A stretch of DNA of 64,000 nucleotides from Prevotella sp. (GTDB taxonomy: Bacteria; Bacteroidota; Bacteroidia; Bacteroidales; Bacteroidaceae): the NCBI GenBank assembly GCA_017455845.1, contig JAFSYY010000119.1, positions 14,678 to 78,677 of the forward strand. The letters are read 5' to 3'. How positions within the stretch are numbered: position 1 is the first letter of the stretch; the number at the start of each line of letters is the position of its first letter. Shown here one piece after another: positions 29,413-42,201 of the stretch. Made by a program: the position numbers and the translations under genes. The notes beneath the pieces are model-generated. The model did no database searches and was not told where the DNA came from. It saw only the letters and a program-made list of their open reading frames with translations.

Positions 29413-31458
29413 TCAACTTGATGTAGTTGAGTTCCTTTCTCTAAGCAGTTGCTTGGCTACGGTGACGGCCGAGTTGGCATTGTCGCTGTAGCCGTCGGCA
29501 CCAATCTCGTCGGCAAAGCCCTGAGTGACAGGGGCACCGCCCACCATCACCTTCACCTGCTGGCGGATGCCCGCCTGCTCCAGGGCATCGATGACCTCTT
29601 TCATATAGGGCATCGTGGTGGTGAGCAAGGCCGACATGCAGAGGATGTCGGGCTGGTTTTCCTTGACAGCCTGGATAAAGGTATCGGCAGAGACATCGAT
29701 GCCTACATTGACGACCTCGAAGCCACAGCCCTCCAGCATCGAGGCCACGAGGTTCTTGCCAATGTCGTGGAGGTCGCCCTTCACCGTGCCGATAACCACC
29801 TTTCCTATCGATGTAGAGACGGTTCCTGCCAACATCGGCTTGAGGATGTCGAGGGCGGCCTTCATGGCACGGCCGGCCATCAGCAACTGGGGCACGAAAG
29901 CCTTGCCGTCCTGAAACCGTTGGCCCACCTCGCCCATGGCGGTAATCATCTGCTGATTGATGAGTGACTGCGGGTCGGCTCCGGCGACGACGGCCTCGCG
30001 GGTGGCGGCAACGGCGGCATCGCTCTTGCCAGCGACGATGGCCTCATAAAGGGAATTTGAGGATTGAGAATTCAGAATTGAGGATTGAGAATTCAGAATT
30101 GAGGATTGGGAATGAGGAATTGAGGATTGAGAATTCGGAATTGAGGATTGAGAATTCGGAATTGAGGATTGGGAATTATCAATCTTTAAAACGATTTCTT
30201 CTACCTTTGATATTATTTTTTCAACCTCTTTTTCCACCTCCTCATCTGTAAGTTCATCACCAGCAGAACTATCTACTCCCCTCTCCCTGGGAGAGAGGCC
30301 GGGGATGAGGCTGTTGGGGGGGAGACTGGGCCTGGAAGCGAGGCTGGGTCTGGAAGTGATACTCTCTACGATGCGCAGCGCCTCCTCCACCTCCTGCTCG
30401 TTGTGGAAGTCCATCTCAATGTGTACGCCATTGGTGCCGATGGCATCGAGGAGCGGGCGCAGTTCGGGCAGCGTCACCCAGCATGCCATCACGCTCTTGC
30501 CGGCAGCAAGGATGCGGCGGTAGAGGTCGTACCACTTCGTACTGCCTCCCTGTGGCTGTCCTACGCCTGGTGTCCACTGGATGGCATTGAGTTCATCGAT
30601 TTCCAGAAGGGCGGGCAGGTGGCGCATGGCTCCTACGCCGTCAAGGTGATAGAGGGTGTAGGGTATGCGCTGGCACTGCTCACGGATGAACGGCTGTACG
30701 AAACGGCGGTAGTCGTCCTCGCTGATCATCGTAGAGATGTCGCTCTGCAACTTCGACATCTTGCCGGGGGCCCAGGAGGAGAAGTAGCAGAAGGCCATCT
30801 CGTCGCCCTCGCGGATGATGTCGTAGAGTTCGTCGAAGACACGGAAGTAGATGTCGTTAATCTGCTGCACCTGCCGCTCCACCACCTCGGGTTGCATCAC
30901 CGTGTCCATGAGCACGCGATCGGTGCCCTCCAGGGCGGCCAGCACGTCGAGGCCCTCCATGAGGTCGGGCATGCCCACGTAGTAGTGACCCTGGGCTTTC
31001 TGCTTACATGCCTTCAGCAAGTCCTTGTGCAGCAGCCAGTTGGGGTGATGGGGGTCGAAGGTGATATCACCTACGGCAAAACCGTCTGTCGTCCCGTGTT
31101 CAGCGGTTTTCCCGCTGAAGTCAGGGTTGGGATGTATCCAGATGGTGTCCTCGCCGCCCTCGAAGACACCGCCGAGGATGGCCGCCAGCGACCCCGGGCC
31201 CAGTTGTGTATTGGCTACGGGCAGCATGTCGGCCTTCAGGCATGAATGTGCCACGTACCAGTCCAGATAGTCAGCACGCCACTTCGCATCAAACCATTTC
31301 TGGTTTAAGTCCTTCGGGGGCGGCGGTGCAGGGATGTCGGCATGGGGTGTGACACCCTCCTGGAAGTGCTCCCACATATTTATTATTATACCCCGTTGAT
31401 TCCACCAGTCAACATAGCGGCGTTTCGTTTCTTCGAGATTAGTTTTCCAAGTGTTCAT
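29413..31458 (-). CDS. Fusion of a UroD-like methyltransferase domain and a cobalamin-binding corrinoid protein
   Basis: N-terminal LGPGSLA...YHLDG...IQWTPG. C-terminal cap plus GDLHDIGKNLV (DxHxxG), SALLTTT and VGGAP. Repeat-rich linker. Confidence 0.9.
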   Translation of the reverse strand: MNTWKTNLEETKRRYVDWWNQRGIIINMWEHFQEGVTPHADIPAPPPPKDLNQKWFDAKWRADYLDWYVAHSCLKADMLPVANTQLGPGSLAAILGGVFEGGEDTIWIHPNPDFSGKTAEHGTTDGFAVGDITFDPHHPNWLLHKDLLKACKQKAQGHYYVGMPDLMEGLDVLAALEGTDRVLMDTVMQPEVVERQVQQINDIYFRVFDELYDIIREGDEMAFCYFSSWAPGKMSKLQSDISTMISEDDYRRFVQPFIREQCQRIPYTLYHLDGVGAMRHLPALLEIDELNAIQWTPGVGQPQGGSTKWYDLYRRILAAGKSVMACWVTLPELRPLLDAIGTNGVHIEMDFHNEQEVEEALRIVESITSRPSLASRPSLPPNSLIPGLSPRERGVDSSAGDELTDEEVEKEVEKIISKVEEIVLKIDNSQSSIPNSQSSIPNSQSSIPHSQSSILNSQSSILNSQSSNSLYEAIVAGKSDAAVAATREAVVAGADPQSLINQQMITAMGEVGQRFQDGKAFVPQLLMAGRAMKAALDILKPMLAGTVSTSIGKVVIGTVKGDLHDIGKNLVASMLEGCGFEVVNVGIDVSADTFIQAVKENQPDILCMSALLTTTMPYMKEVIDALEQAGIRQQVKVMVGGAPVTQGFADEIGADGYSDNANSAVTVAKQLLRERNSTTSS
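30058..30177 (-). repeat. In-frame 3x7-bp array encoding (NSQSSIP/L)n in the interdomain linker
   Basis: gaggatt gagaatt cagaatt repeats. Confidence 0.95.
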
Positions 31459-31501
31459 CGTTCTTATATGAAATAATGTGCTTCTAAATAACTAAAGTAA
31501 G

Positions 31502-31573
31502 AGACCCCACCCCTGCCCCTCCCCTTCTTGCTACCAGCGGGACGCAAGAAGGGGAGGGGCAGGGGTGGGGTCT
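31502..31573. repeat. GC-rich palindrome with a perfect 30-bp stem and 12-nt loop
   Basis: agaccccacccctgcccctccccttcttgc-taccagcgggac-gcaagaaggggaggggcaggggtggggtct. Confidence 0.95.
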
Positions 31574-31757
31574 GTATCTTGTAATTATTCATCTCTGCTT
31601 TCGGTTTAGCGAAAAGTTGCTGCAAAATTACACAAAAAGGATGAATCGCCCAAGTATTCATGAATAATTCGCAATAATTCTTTGGTTGTTCGAAAGAAAA
31701 TGCTTACTTTTGCACCCAATAGTAAACAACAAACTACTAACAAAGAATCGAAAGAAA

Positions 31758-34520
31758 ATGTACCATCCAACAACTAACATCCAACATTCAACATTCAGGA
31801 GGGCTGCCATGGCCCTTTCAATGATGACCCTGTTCGTGCCAGTGACGGCACAGAACATTGACTTTAACATGACCAACCGACAGGATGCCGAGGTCAACGA
31901 GCCCGACTATATCAGTTGGCCCGTGAATCAGGTGCAGAGCGAGTCGAAGACCCTTGACAACGGCCTCACAGTGACCGTGGCCGCCACGGGCAACGCGAAC
32001 ACCCTGCGTGCCCAGTGGCACAAGAACACCTGCATGGCCGGCAAAAACGGACAGACGGGTCTGCGACTGATGGGCGACGGCGTGGTGGCCTTCATCGCCG
32101 ATGAAGGAAACAACACCCCGACGCTCACCGACACCCCGACGAGCATCACCATCACCATCGAAGGCCTGGAGGCCGGCGAACACAGCGTCGCCGCCTACCA
32201 CGTATGGAAAGACCCGAAGACAGGCGACATGCCCACCATCCGTGTAGACCTGAACGGTGAGCAGGCACAGACCGGCGTGCAATTTGCCAATGTGCTGCAG
32301 ACCGTTGCCGACCTGAAGATGGCCGATGCACCGTTCTCATACGTGGAGTTCATCGTTGCCGAGGGCGAAACGGTGGCCATCACCTACACCACCGAAGTGG
32401 AAGAGGGCAAGACCTACCAGACCACGAACATGATGCTCAACGGCCTGCTGATAGACCGCTCACCGCTGGTGGCCATGGACCCCACACCCAACAACCACGA
32501 CTATCACGTGGATGCCGACGGCGGCACGCTCACCCTGCAGTGGGCACCGGCCACAGTAGCCGTGAAGCACGCTCTGGTTATCGGCACCGATGCCGACGAG
32601 GTGGCTGCCTCCACCTCTTATATTTATGAGGGCACGGAGACGCAGTATGCCGCCACAGGCCTCACCACGGCTCAGAACTACTACTGGCGCGTGGACGAGA
32701 TAGATGCTGCGGGCAAGGTGTTCAAAGGTCAGGTGTGGTCGTTCCGCCCGCGTCAACTCGCCTTCCCCGGTGCCGAGGGCTATGGCCGCTTCGCACAGGG
32801 CGGCCGTGGCGGCATCGTCTACCACGTCACCAGCCTCGCCGGCACGAAGGAGCCGGGCACGCTGCTCTACGGCCTGACAGAGTTGAACGAGCCCCGCTAC
32901 ATCGTCTTCGACGTGAGCGGCATCATTGAACTCGACTTCGAGTCGCAGTTTGTCAAGCCCTACGCCTACATCGCCGGACAGACGGCTCCCGGCAAGGGCA
33001 TCTGCATCAAGGCGTCGAACATCAACATCGGCTCCGACATCATCTGCCGCCACATCCGCTTCAAGCGCGGACTGGGCGTCTACGGCGAGAACACCGGCAA
33101 CGCCATGGGCATGAGCGGCGCCAACCACGCCATCGTAGACCACTGCACCGCCGCCTGGGGCACCGACGAGACCGTCAGCGGACGCGGCGCACTGAACGTC
33201 TCGTTCCAGTATAGCGGCATCTTCGAGGCTCTGGGCATCGCCGGACATAAGAATTATGCCGACGGCACGAATCACGGCTATGCCGCCACCATCGACGGAC
33301 AGATAGGCTCGTGGCACCATAACCTGTTGCTCAACTGCGAAGGCCGCAACTGGAGCATGGGCGGCGGCATGGACGGCCAGAACCGGCCCATTGGCGGACT
33401 GGACCTCTTCAACAACGTGTGCTACAACTGGCACAACCGCACCACCGACGGCAACTGCCACGCCGTGAACTTCGTGAACAACTACTACAAGATGGGGCCC
33501 GATACCAGGCGCACCACGCTGTTCACCATGGATTTCGAACTCGCTACCGACGTGGCCGACAACCGCACCAATACCGGCTATGTCAGCGGCAACATACGCG
33601 AGAACAAGGACCGCACGCTGACACAGGACAAGAAAAACGACACCTATAACGCCACAGGCTACGTGCCCACAGACTACCAGTATCTGGTCAGCGAGCCGCT
33701 CTTCCCCAGTTACGCCGACATCCACTCGGCGAAGGATGCCATGAAGATTGTCACCTCGACGGCCGGTGCCACCATGCCTGTGCGCGACGAGCAGCATCTG
33801 CGTGTCATCCGCGAGACCCTCGACGGCACCTGGACCTACAAAGGAAGCAAGTCGGGCATCAAGGGTGAGATAGACAACGAGGCCGACATCACCGATCAGG
33901 AGAACGGCGGCTGGGAGGTATGGCCCGAGGAGAGCCGCGCCGCCGACTGGGACAGCGACCAGGACGGCATGCCCGACTGGTGGGAGAAGGCCACGGGCAG
34001 CGATGCCACGACGGCTAATGCCAACGACGACCCCAACGGCGACGGCTGGACACTGCTCGAAGATTACCTTGAGTTTATGGCACATCCCTACCTCGTCATC
34101 GCGCCTAACAGCACCGGCACCATCGACCTGAAGCCCTACTTCATCGGCTTCTACGGCCAGAACGGCAAGAGCGTCACGCCCACCTACCGCGTGGACTATC
34201 TGGAGAACGCCTTCAGCCCCGCCATCGATGGCTCGGTGCTGACCGTGAAGTCGTTCGACACACCCTGCACGGGCTACTGCGAGGTGGAGGTGAACGACGG
34301 CGAGACTACCTTCACTCAGCGCTTCGGCGTGGCCGTCATCGGCGATGCTTCCATGGCTATCAAGCCTGCATGGAGCGAGGACGGCATCGAGGTGGTGAAG
34401 CGTGAGTTCTTCACCCTCGACGGCAAGCGCACCGAGCAGATGCTGTCAGGCCAGACCTACCTGATGAAGGTCACCGACAGCGAGGGCAACGTACATGCCG
34501 TGAAGATTCTTAAAAACTAA
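31758..34520 (+). CDS. PL1-type pectate lyase, multidomain, secreted
   Basis: AFPGAEGYG...GGRGG, AGQTAPG, IVDHCTAAWGTDE, DSDQDGMPDWWE. Start chosen at ATG 31758, after TACTTTTG. Confidence 0.9.
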   Translation: MYHPTTNIQHSTFRRAAMALSMMTLFVPVTAQNIDFNMTNRQDAEVNEPDYISWPVNQVQSESKTLDNGLTVTVAATGNANTLRAQWHKNTCMAGKNGQTGLRLMGDGVVAFIADEGNNTPTLTDTPTSITITIEGLEAGEHSVAAYHVWKDPKTGDMPTIRVDLNGEQAQTGVQFANVLQTVADLKMADAPFSYVEFIVAEGETVAITYTTEVEEGKTYQTTNMMLNGLLIDRSPLVAMDPTPNNHDYHVDADGGTLTLQWAPATVAVKHALVIGTDADEVAASTSYIYEGTETQYAATGLTTAQNYYWRVDEIDAAGKVFKGQVWSFRPRQLAFPGAEGYGRFAQGGRGGIVYHVTSLAGTKEPGTLLYGLTELNEPRYIVFDVSGIIELDFESQFVKPYAYIAGQTAPGKGICIKASNINIGSDIICRHIRFKRGLGVYGENTGNAMGMSGANHAIVDHCTAAWGTDETVSGRGALNVSFQYSGIFEALGIAGHKNYADGTNHGYAATIDGQIGSWHHNLLLNCEGRNWSMGGGMDGQNRPIGGLDLFNNVCYNWHNRTTDGNCHAVNFVNNYYKMGPDTRRTTLFTMDFELATDVADNRTNTGYVSGNIRENKDRTLTQDKKNDTYNATGYVPTDYQYLVSEPLFPSYADIHSAKDAMKIVTSTAGATMPVRDEQHLRVIRETLDGTWTYKGSKSGIKGEIDNEADITDQENGGWEVWPEESRAADWDSDQDGMPDWWEKATGSDATTANANDDPNGDGWTLLEDYLEFMAHPYLVIAPNSTGTIDLKPYFIGFYGQNGKSVTPTYRVDYLENAFSPAIDGSVLTVKSFDTPCTGYCEVEVNDGETTFTQRFGVAVIGDASMAIKPAWSEDGIEVVKREFFTLDGKRTEQMLSGQTYLMKVTDSEGNVHAVKILKN

Positions 34521-34529
34521 ATTGTCTAT

Positions 34530-37474
<2,945 letters not shown>

Positions 37475-37480
37475 TGACAG

Positions 37481-39763
37481 TTAGTAGTTTGTCTTGATGA
37501 TTTCTCCGTTGACGACAGATGCCTCTACCTGCTTGCCACTAAGGGTATAGAGCCGGAAATGGCAGTTCCACTCGCGTGGCCAGGCGGGGAAGAGGATGGG
37601 CTGGCCGTCGGGTGTATCCTGTAGAAGCATCTCCTGCAGCCCGATCATGCCTGCGCCGCCACGGTTATGGTCGGGTGCCCAGTCGAAGCCCGGTTGCCAG
37701 AAGGCCGTGAAACGGTAGGGACCGTCACTGAGTTTCTCAAGGTTCAGCCGCCGCGCCTCGTCGGTCAGTCCGAGGCAGGCCGCCCAGATATTGTCCTGCT
37801 TCCAGCCCTTCGTGCTGCGCATGGCAATGGCGTGCGGGTCTTTCCAGTAGGTGTTACGGGCGATGTCGAGGCCCGGCCGTCCCACGCCGTAGAGGCGCCA
37901 TGGGAAGACGGGGTATAGTTGCGGCGTCTCAGTGTTCTGTATGCGTGCCCAGGCCACGGCAGGGGCTATGCAGGTGTCGCCGTTGATGACCCTCAATGGG
38001 ATGTCTGGAAGGAAAGCCTCACCCCCGCCCCCTCTCCCAAGGAGAGGGGAGTTTATAGTTTTATCAGCGGAAGAACTAACTATTCCCCTCTCCTTGGGAG
38101 AGGGGGCGGGGGTGAGGCTTTCACTTACCGCTCGCAGGCCGGCGATGGTGCTGCTGGGGTTATACGCCATCTTGTAGGTCTCGCAGCCCGAGCCGGGGTA
38201 GATGATGAGGTGGCCGTTCTCGTCGAGGGCCTTCGACCCTAACCGTTTCGCCTGCCACTGGTAGTGTTCGTCGAAGAAACGAAGAATCTCATTAGCAAGA
38301 CTATATACTCCCCTCTCCTTGGGAGAGGGGCCGGGGGTGAGGCTCATCATCGCAAACTCCAGCGCGGTGTCCCACTCGTATTCCAGCCAGGCGTTGCGCT
38401 CCACGCCAAGGTCGTCACCCTCCTTGTGCTTGCCATATTCGGCGGGGTTGGGCAGTCCGAAGTTCTCTATCTGTTCGGTGAACGAGGCCCCGCCATGGCC
38501 CCAGTAGTGGCGGGTACGGGCCATGGCGTTGGGCAGCATCCGCAGGTAGGTGTTTAGTTGTGGCTGAAGTACGTCGTAGTCGCCGCTCTTCAGCAGGGGC
38601 CAATAGACCAGCCGCTGGTTCTGTGCCGTCATCGTGCCACCGCCCCATTTGCGGTAGTCGGGGGTGAACGCCATCGTCGTGTCCACGTAAACGGGGTCAA
38701 AAGTAAAGAGGCCGCCATTGAATTTCGTAGGCCATTCGCCTTTGGCGTTACAGCCCAGCATGTAGCGCATCAGTTCGTAGTTGCGAAGCATCGCCTGAAG
38801 GCTGTCGTTAGGCGTGTCGCTCACTATCCAACTGCGCTGCCAGTACTGGTGCCACCAGCGGGCAGAGCGCTTGTACGAGTCGCTGACTTTCAGATTAGGA
38901 AAAGCATACGGGCCTACGGTGCCGCATCCGTCAACCACTGTGTCCTCGTAGAGCTGATGGCGCAGATAGCGCAAGTCGATGATGATGCAGGAGGAGCGCA
39001 GGTCGTCGCACGAATAGTTCCATGCCTGATAGTCGGTGCCCGCATATTCCCCTTTGGTCGTGCCTGCATAGTGGAAGCCCGGTGCCCACATCTCGCCTTT
39101 CATCTCCAGCCCGCCGATGGGGTTGTAGAGGCTGTCTTTGATGGCATCGAGGTGTTCGTAGGCGACGGTGAAGTCGAAAACGGTCTCTTCGCGGTTCTTA
39201 TGGCTGAAGACCAGGTGGTTGTCTTCAGCCGTGATGCTGTCGGCAAAGGTCACGCAGTCCTTCGGCACCAGCCACTTATACGAGCACTGCTGGCACTCAG
39301 CCTTCGTCACGGGCCTGTCGCGGTAGCGCCAACTCTCGTAACTCAGCACCGCCTGTTGCGTATGTTGCTGTATTACAGTAATAAACACGACAGGCTGCTC
39401 CACGTCCACCCACAGGCGCACCTTCGCGCCGCCACCTCTTATATATATGCAGCCCTCGTCCAGGCACAGCCGCTGCTCGAAGTCCTGGCCGTCGAAGGGC
39501 TGGCCGTCGAGGTGCAGGCGCCAGCGGCCTGCCTTCAGCAGCGTGTTGTTCTCGTCGAACCAGCCGCTCTGCTGGGCGTAGAACAGCACATCGCCCCCTT
39601 CCACCCACACGTTCAGCCCTATGTCGTGACCGCCGCAGGGCATCGACTCACTGCTATTACGGCTCTGTGAGGTCCACACCACATCCTTCGGCATGTAGTC
39701 GGCTGCATGGGCTACTAATAAAAACAGACAGAAGAAAAAGAAACAGGACGAACGAATAGTCAT
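37481..39763 (-). CDS. DUF5703 glycosidase, GH139-like (candidate 2-O-methyl-fucosidase)
   Basis: SRNSSESMPCGGHDIGLNVWVE, PTKFNGG, DWAPDHN, QEMLLQ. The GH139 call rests on recalled similarity and on its order next to the acetylesterase and GH106. Confidence 0.65.
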   Translation of the reverse strand: MTIRSSCFFFFCLFLLVAHAADYMPKDVVWTSQSRNSSESMPCGGHDIGLNVWVEGGDVLFYAQQSGWFDENNTLLKAGRWRLHLDGQPFDGQDFEQRLCLDEGCIYIRGGGAKVRLWVDVEQPVVFITVIQQHTQQAVLSYESWRYRDRPVTKAECQQCSYKWLVPKDCVTFADSITAEDNHLVFSHKNREETVFDFTVAYEHLDAIKDSLYNPIGGLEMKGEMWAPGFHYAGTTKGEYAGTDYQAWNYSCDDLRSSCIIIDLRYLRHQLYEDTVVDGCGTVGPYAFPNLKVSDSYKRSARWWHQYWQRSWIVSDTPNDSLQAMLRNYELMRYMLGCNAKGEWPTKFNGGLFTFDPVYVDTTMAFTPDYRKWGGGTMTAQNQRLVYWPLLKSGDYDVLQPQLNTYLRMLPNAMARTRHYWGHGGASFTEQIENFGLPNPAEYGKHKEGDDLGVERNAWLEYEWDTALEFAMMSLTPGPSPKERGVYSLANEILRFFDEHYQWQAKRLGSKALDENGHLIIYPGSGCETYKMAYNPSSTIAGLRAVSESLTPAPSPKERGIVSSSADKTINSPLLGRGGGGEAFLPDIPLRVINGDTCIAPAVAWARIQNTETPQLYPVFPWRLYGVGRPGLDIARNTYWKDPHAIAMRSTKGWKQDNIWAACLGLTDEARRLNLEKLSDGPYRFTAFWQPGFDWAPDHNRGGAGMIGLQEMLLQDTPDGQPILFPAWPREWNCHFRLYTLSGKQVEASVVNGEIIKTNY
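38013..38121. repeat. In-frame palindrome with 38-bp perfect arms
   Basis: aaagcctcacccccgccccctctcccaaggagagggga ... tcccctctccttgggagagggggcgggggtgaggcttt. Confidence 0.95.
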
Positions 39764-39826
39764 TATTTTTTAAGTAACCATTAATTATTAACTTACCTCG
39801 TACCTCGCACCCCGCACCTCGCCAAC

Positions 39827-41323
39827 TTACCAGTTGTCGGTGCGGAAGGAAGAGACGGGCAGGCCGTCGTGCATCAGGTCGCCTACCACCCAGTCGTGGA
39901 AGGCGTAGCGCACGGCCACGGGGTGCTTCACCTCGTCGCTCTTTACGTAGACGCGGTTGCGGCTCACCCATGCCTCGGCGGGGTGGAACACCCGGTCCTG
40001 GCCGGCCACCTCGAAGTTATGGCTCCTGCCGTTGTGCTCGAAGTAGACCCATTCTTTCGAGCGGTCGAAGGCGATGACGGCAGTGTCGCCTTTGAACTCC
40101 ACGCTACTGTACGTGGCATAGTCGGGCAGGCCCTTCATGCCGTAGGTATTGGCCAAGGCCAGCAGTGCGAGGCGCTGGCCTGCCTGCCGCTTCTTGCGGG
40201 GGTGGATAACGTTCTTCAGTCCGGTGTCCATGAGCACAGCCATGCGGGCATTGGGGATTATCGTCTCGGCCTTCGACTGCTGTTCGCGCAGCAGGGCACT
40301 ATTGTATTTCGCCCAGTCGATGCCGGCATAGTCGAAGGGTGCTATCTGACAGTAGTAGAAAGGAAAATCGCCTTGCCGCCACTCCCTGCGCCAGCCCTCG
40401 ACCATCGCCTTGAGCAGCGGGGCGTAGTATTCGTGGCGCGGCACGTTGTCCTCGCCCTGGTACCAGATGGCACCTCGGATGCCGTAGCCGATGATGGGCG
40501 ACAGTTGACCGTTGTAGAGGGCCGTGGGGCAGCGCTGCTGCAGTTTCTTCACGTCGGCCTCGGTGACGGGAGATTGAGCATTGAAGGTTGAAGATTGAAA
40601 ATGGTCTGTCGAGAAGGGTTTCAGCCATTCGGCCTTCATCCATGCCTCGCAGGCAGAGCCGCCGAAGGCCGTACAGATAAGGCCTACGGGCACGCCAAGG
40701 GCTTTCCTGAGTGCCTTGCCAAAATAATAGGCGGTGGCAGAGAACTCACGCACACTGGCCGTATTTGCCTCTTGCCATGAGCCAGCAAGATCTTGCGCAG
40801 GATCTAACGATGCCAACCGCTTGCCATAGAACAGTCGCAGGCCGTCGTCTTTGCAGTCGAGCAATTCCTCGGCAGCCCCTTCCACCGGCTGTCCTTTGTA
40901 GCCCTTCATCGTCATCTCCATGTTCGACTGGCCGCTGCACAGCCACACCTCGCCGATGTAACATTGAACATTTACTATTGAGGATTGAGCGTTATGGGCA
41001 AGCGCAGTGGTGTGGTCGATGTTCAGCGACGAGCGGTCAGAGAAGGTTACGGCATACGGCCCTCCGGCCTGTGGTGTGTGGACGGTCACCTCAAAACGCC
41101 CGTCCTTGTCGGTCTTGGTCTCATAACGCCTGTCGTCCCACGACGTGGTGACAACGACAGACATGCCTGGCGTGCCACCGCCAATCTTGTCGCACCAGCC
41201 CCACAGACGCACCTCCGACTGCTGCTGTAGCACCATGCCGTCGGCAAAGAACTGCGGCAACCTCACCTCCGCTCTTGCGCAGAGGCAACACAAAAAAACA
41301 AGAATCAATACAAACTGTTTCAT
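39827..41323 (-). CDS. Sialate O-acetylesterase-family (SASA) carbohydrate esterase
   Basis: GEVWLCSGQSNM, WYQGE, IHPRKK. Confidence 0.9.
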   Translation of the reverse strand: MKQFVLILVFLCCLCARAEVRLPQFFADGMVLQQQSEVRLWGWCDKIGGGTPGMSVVVTTSWDDRRYETKTDKDGRFEVTVHTPQAGGPYAVTFSDRSSLNIDHTTALAHNAQSSIVNVQCYIGEVWLCSGQSNMEMTMKGYKGQPVEGAAEELLDCKDDGLRLFYGKRLASLDPAQDLAGSWQEANTASVREFSATAYYFGKALRKALGVPVGLICTAFGGSACEAWMKAEWLKPFSTDHFQSSTFNAQSPVTEADVKKLQQRCPTALYNGQLSPIIGYGIRGAIWYQGEDNVPRHEYYAPLLKAMVEGWRREWRQGDFPFYYCQIAPFDYAGIDWAKYNSALLREQQSKAETIIPNARMAVLMDTGLKNVIHPRKKRQAGQRLALLALANTYGMKGLPDYATYSSVEFKGDTAVIAFDRSKEWVYFEHNGRSHNFEVAGQDRVFHPAEAWVSRNRVYVKSDEVKHPVAVRYAFHDWVVGDLMHDGLPVSSFRTDNW

Positions 41324-41494
41324 ATTAATGCAAACGCGAAACTACGTGATATTATTGTGCAATCCACAGACTTGTGACTTGAAATGTGATGCCCAGTTGC
41401 CTAGACTTTTATCGTTTTTTTTCCATTTTTCTTCTCAAAACATTTGGAGATTGTTCACAAATTGATTAACTTTGCACCGTCAATTGAGTATTCA

Positions 41495-41839
41495 ATGGAA
41501 AAAGTCCGACAAATAAAGTTGTTCAAGAACTACTACAAAGAGTTCTATGTAGCGCAGACACAGACCGTGCGCGATAAGATAAACTTCGTGCTGCGGATGG
41601 TCGAGTCTCAGCGAATCATCCCTAAGAAATTCTTCCGAATCTTAGAAGGGTCTGACGGCATCTATGAGATTCGTGTTGAGATTGAGAGCAACATCTATCG
41701 TGTGTTCTGCTGTATGGACGAAGGGGCTATGGTTGTACTCTTTCATGGAATTCAGAAAAAGAGTCAAAAGACACCACCAAGGGAAATCAAACGGGCAGAA
41801 GCCATCAAGAAAGAATATATTAAAAGTAAGGAGACATAA
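41495..41839 (+). CDS. RelE/HigB (Gp49-like) toxin
   Basis: GIYEIRVE...NIYRVFC...LFHGIQKKSQKTP...EIKRAE. Confidence 0.88.
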   Translation: MEKVRQIKLFKNYYKEFYVAQTQTVRDKINFVLRMVESQRIIPKKFFRILEGSDGIYEIRVEIESNIYRVFCCMDEGAMVVLFHGIQKKSQKTPPREIKRAEAIKKEYIKSKET

Positions 41840-41841
41840 CA

Positions 41842-42153
41842 ATGGAAGTAAAGAAGAAAGAGGCAATCATGGCGTGTGAGACATTTGATGACCTGCTCAA
41901 TGCAGAGTATGGCAAGCGAGGTACAGAAGAACGTGAGAAGTTCGAGGCTGAAGCCGAAACGTTCTGTCTGGCCGAGTGTCTGAAAGAGCAACGCCGACAG
42001 GCAGGACTTACGCAAGAGCAGTTGGCTGCCAAGATTGGCACCAAGAAAAGTTACATCTCAAAGATAGAAAACGGCCACGCCGACATACAGTTATCCACCC
42101 TCTTCCGCATTTTTGGCGGTCTGGGCAAGCGGGTGTCGCTGAGTGTGCTGTGA
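41842..42153 (+). CDS. Xre/HigA-type HTH antitoxin
   Basis: LTQEQLAAKIGTKKSYISKIENG; toxin-first gene order. Confidence 0.88.
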   Translation: MEVKKKEAIMACETFDDLLNAEYGKRGTEEREKFEAEAETFCLAECLKEQRRQAGLTQEQLAAKIGTKKSYISKIENGHADIQLSTLFRIFGGLGKRVSLSVL

Positions 42154-42163
42154 ATAGTAAAGC

Positions 42164-42201
42164 AGTGCCAAGCCTCTGAACGGGGCTTGGCACGGTTTTT
42201 T
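42164..42201 (+). terminator. Intrinsic terminator after the TA pair
   Basis: gtgccaagcctc-tgaac-ggggcttggcac followed by a T-run. Confidence 0.75.

Noticed and set aside
31460-31757. Cobalamin riboswitch upstream of the corrinoid gene
   Set aside because: No B12-box or conserved core recognised; the hairpin there belongs to the GC-rich palindrome family. An Rfam scan would be decisive.
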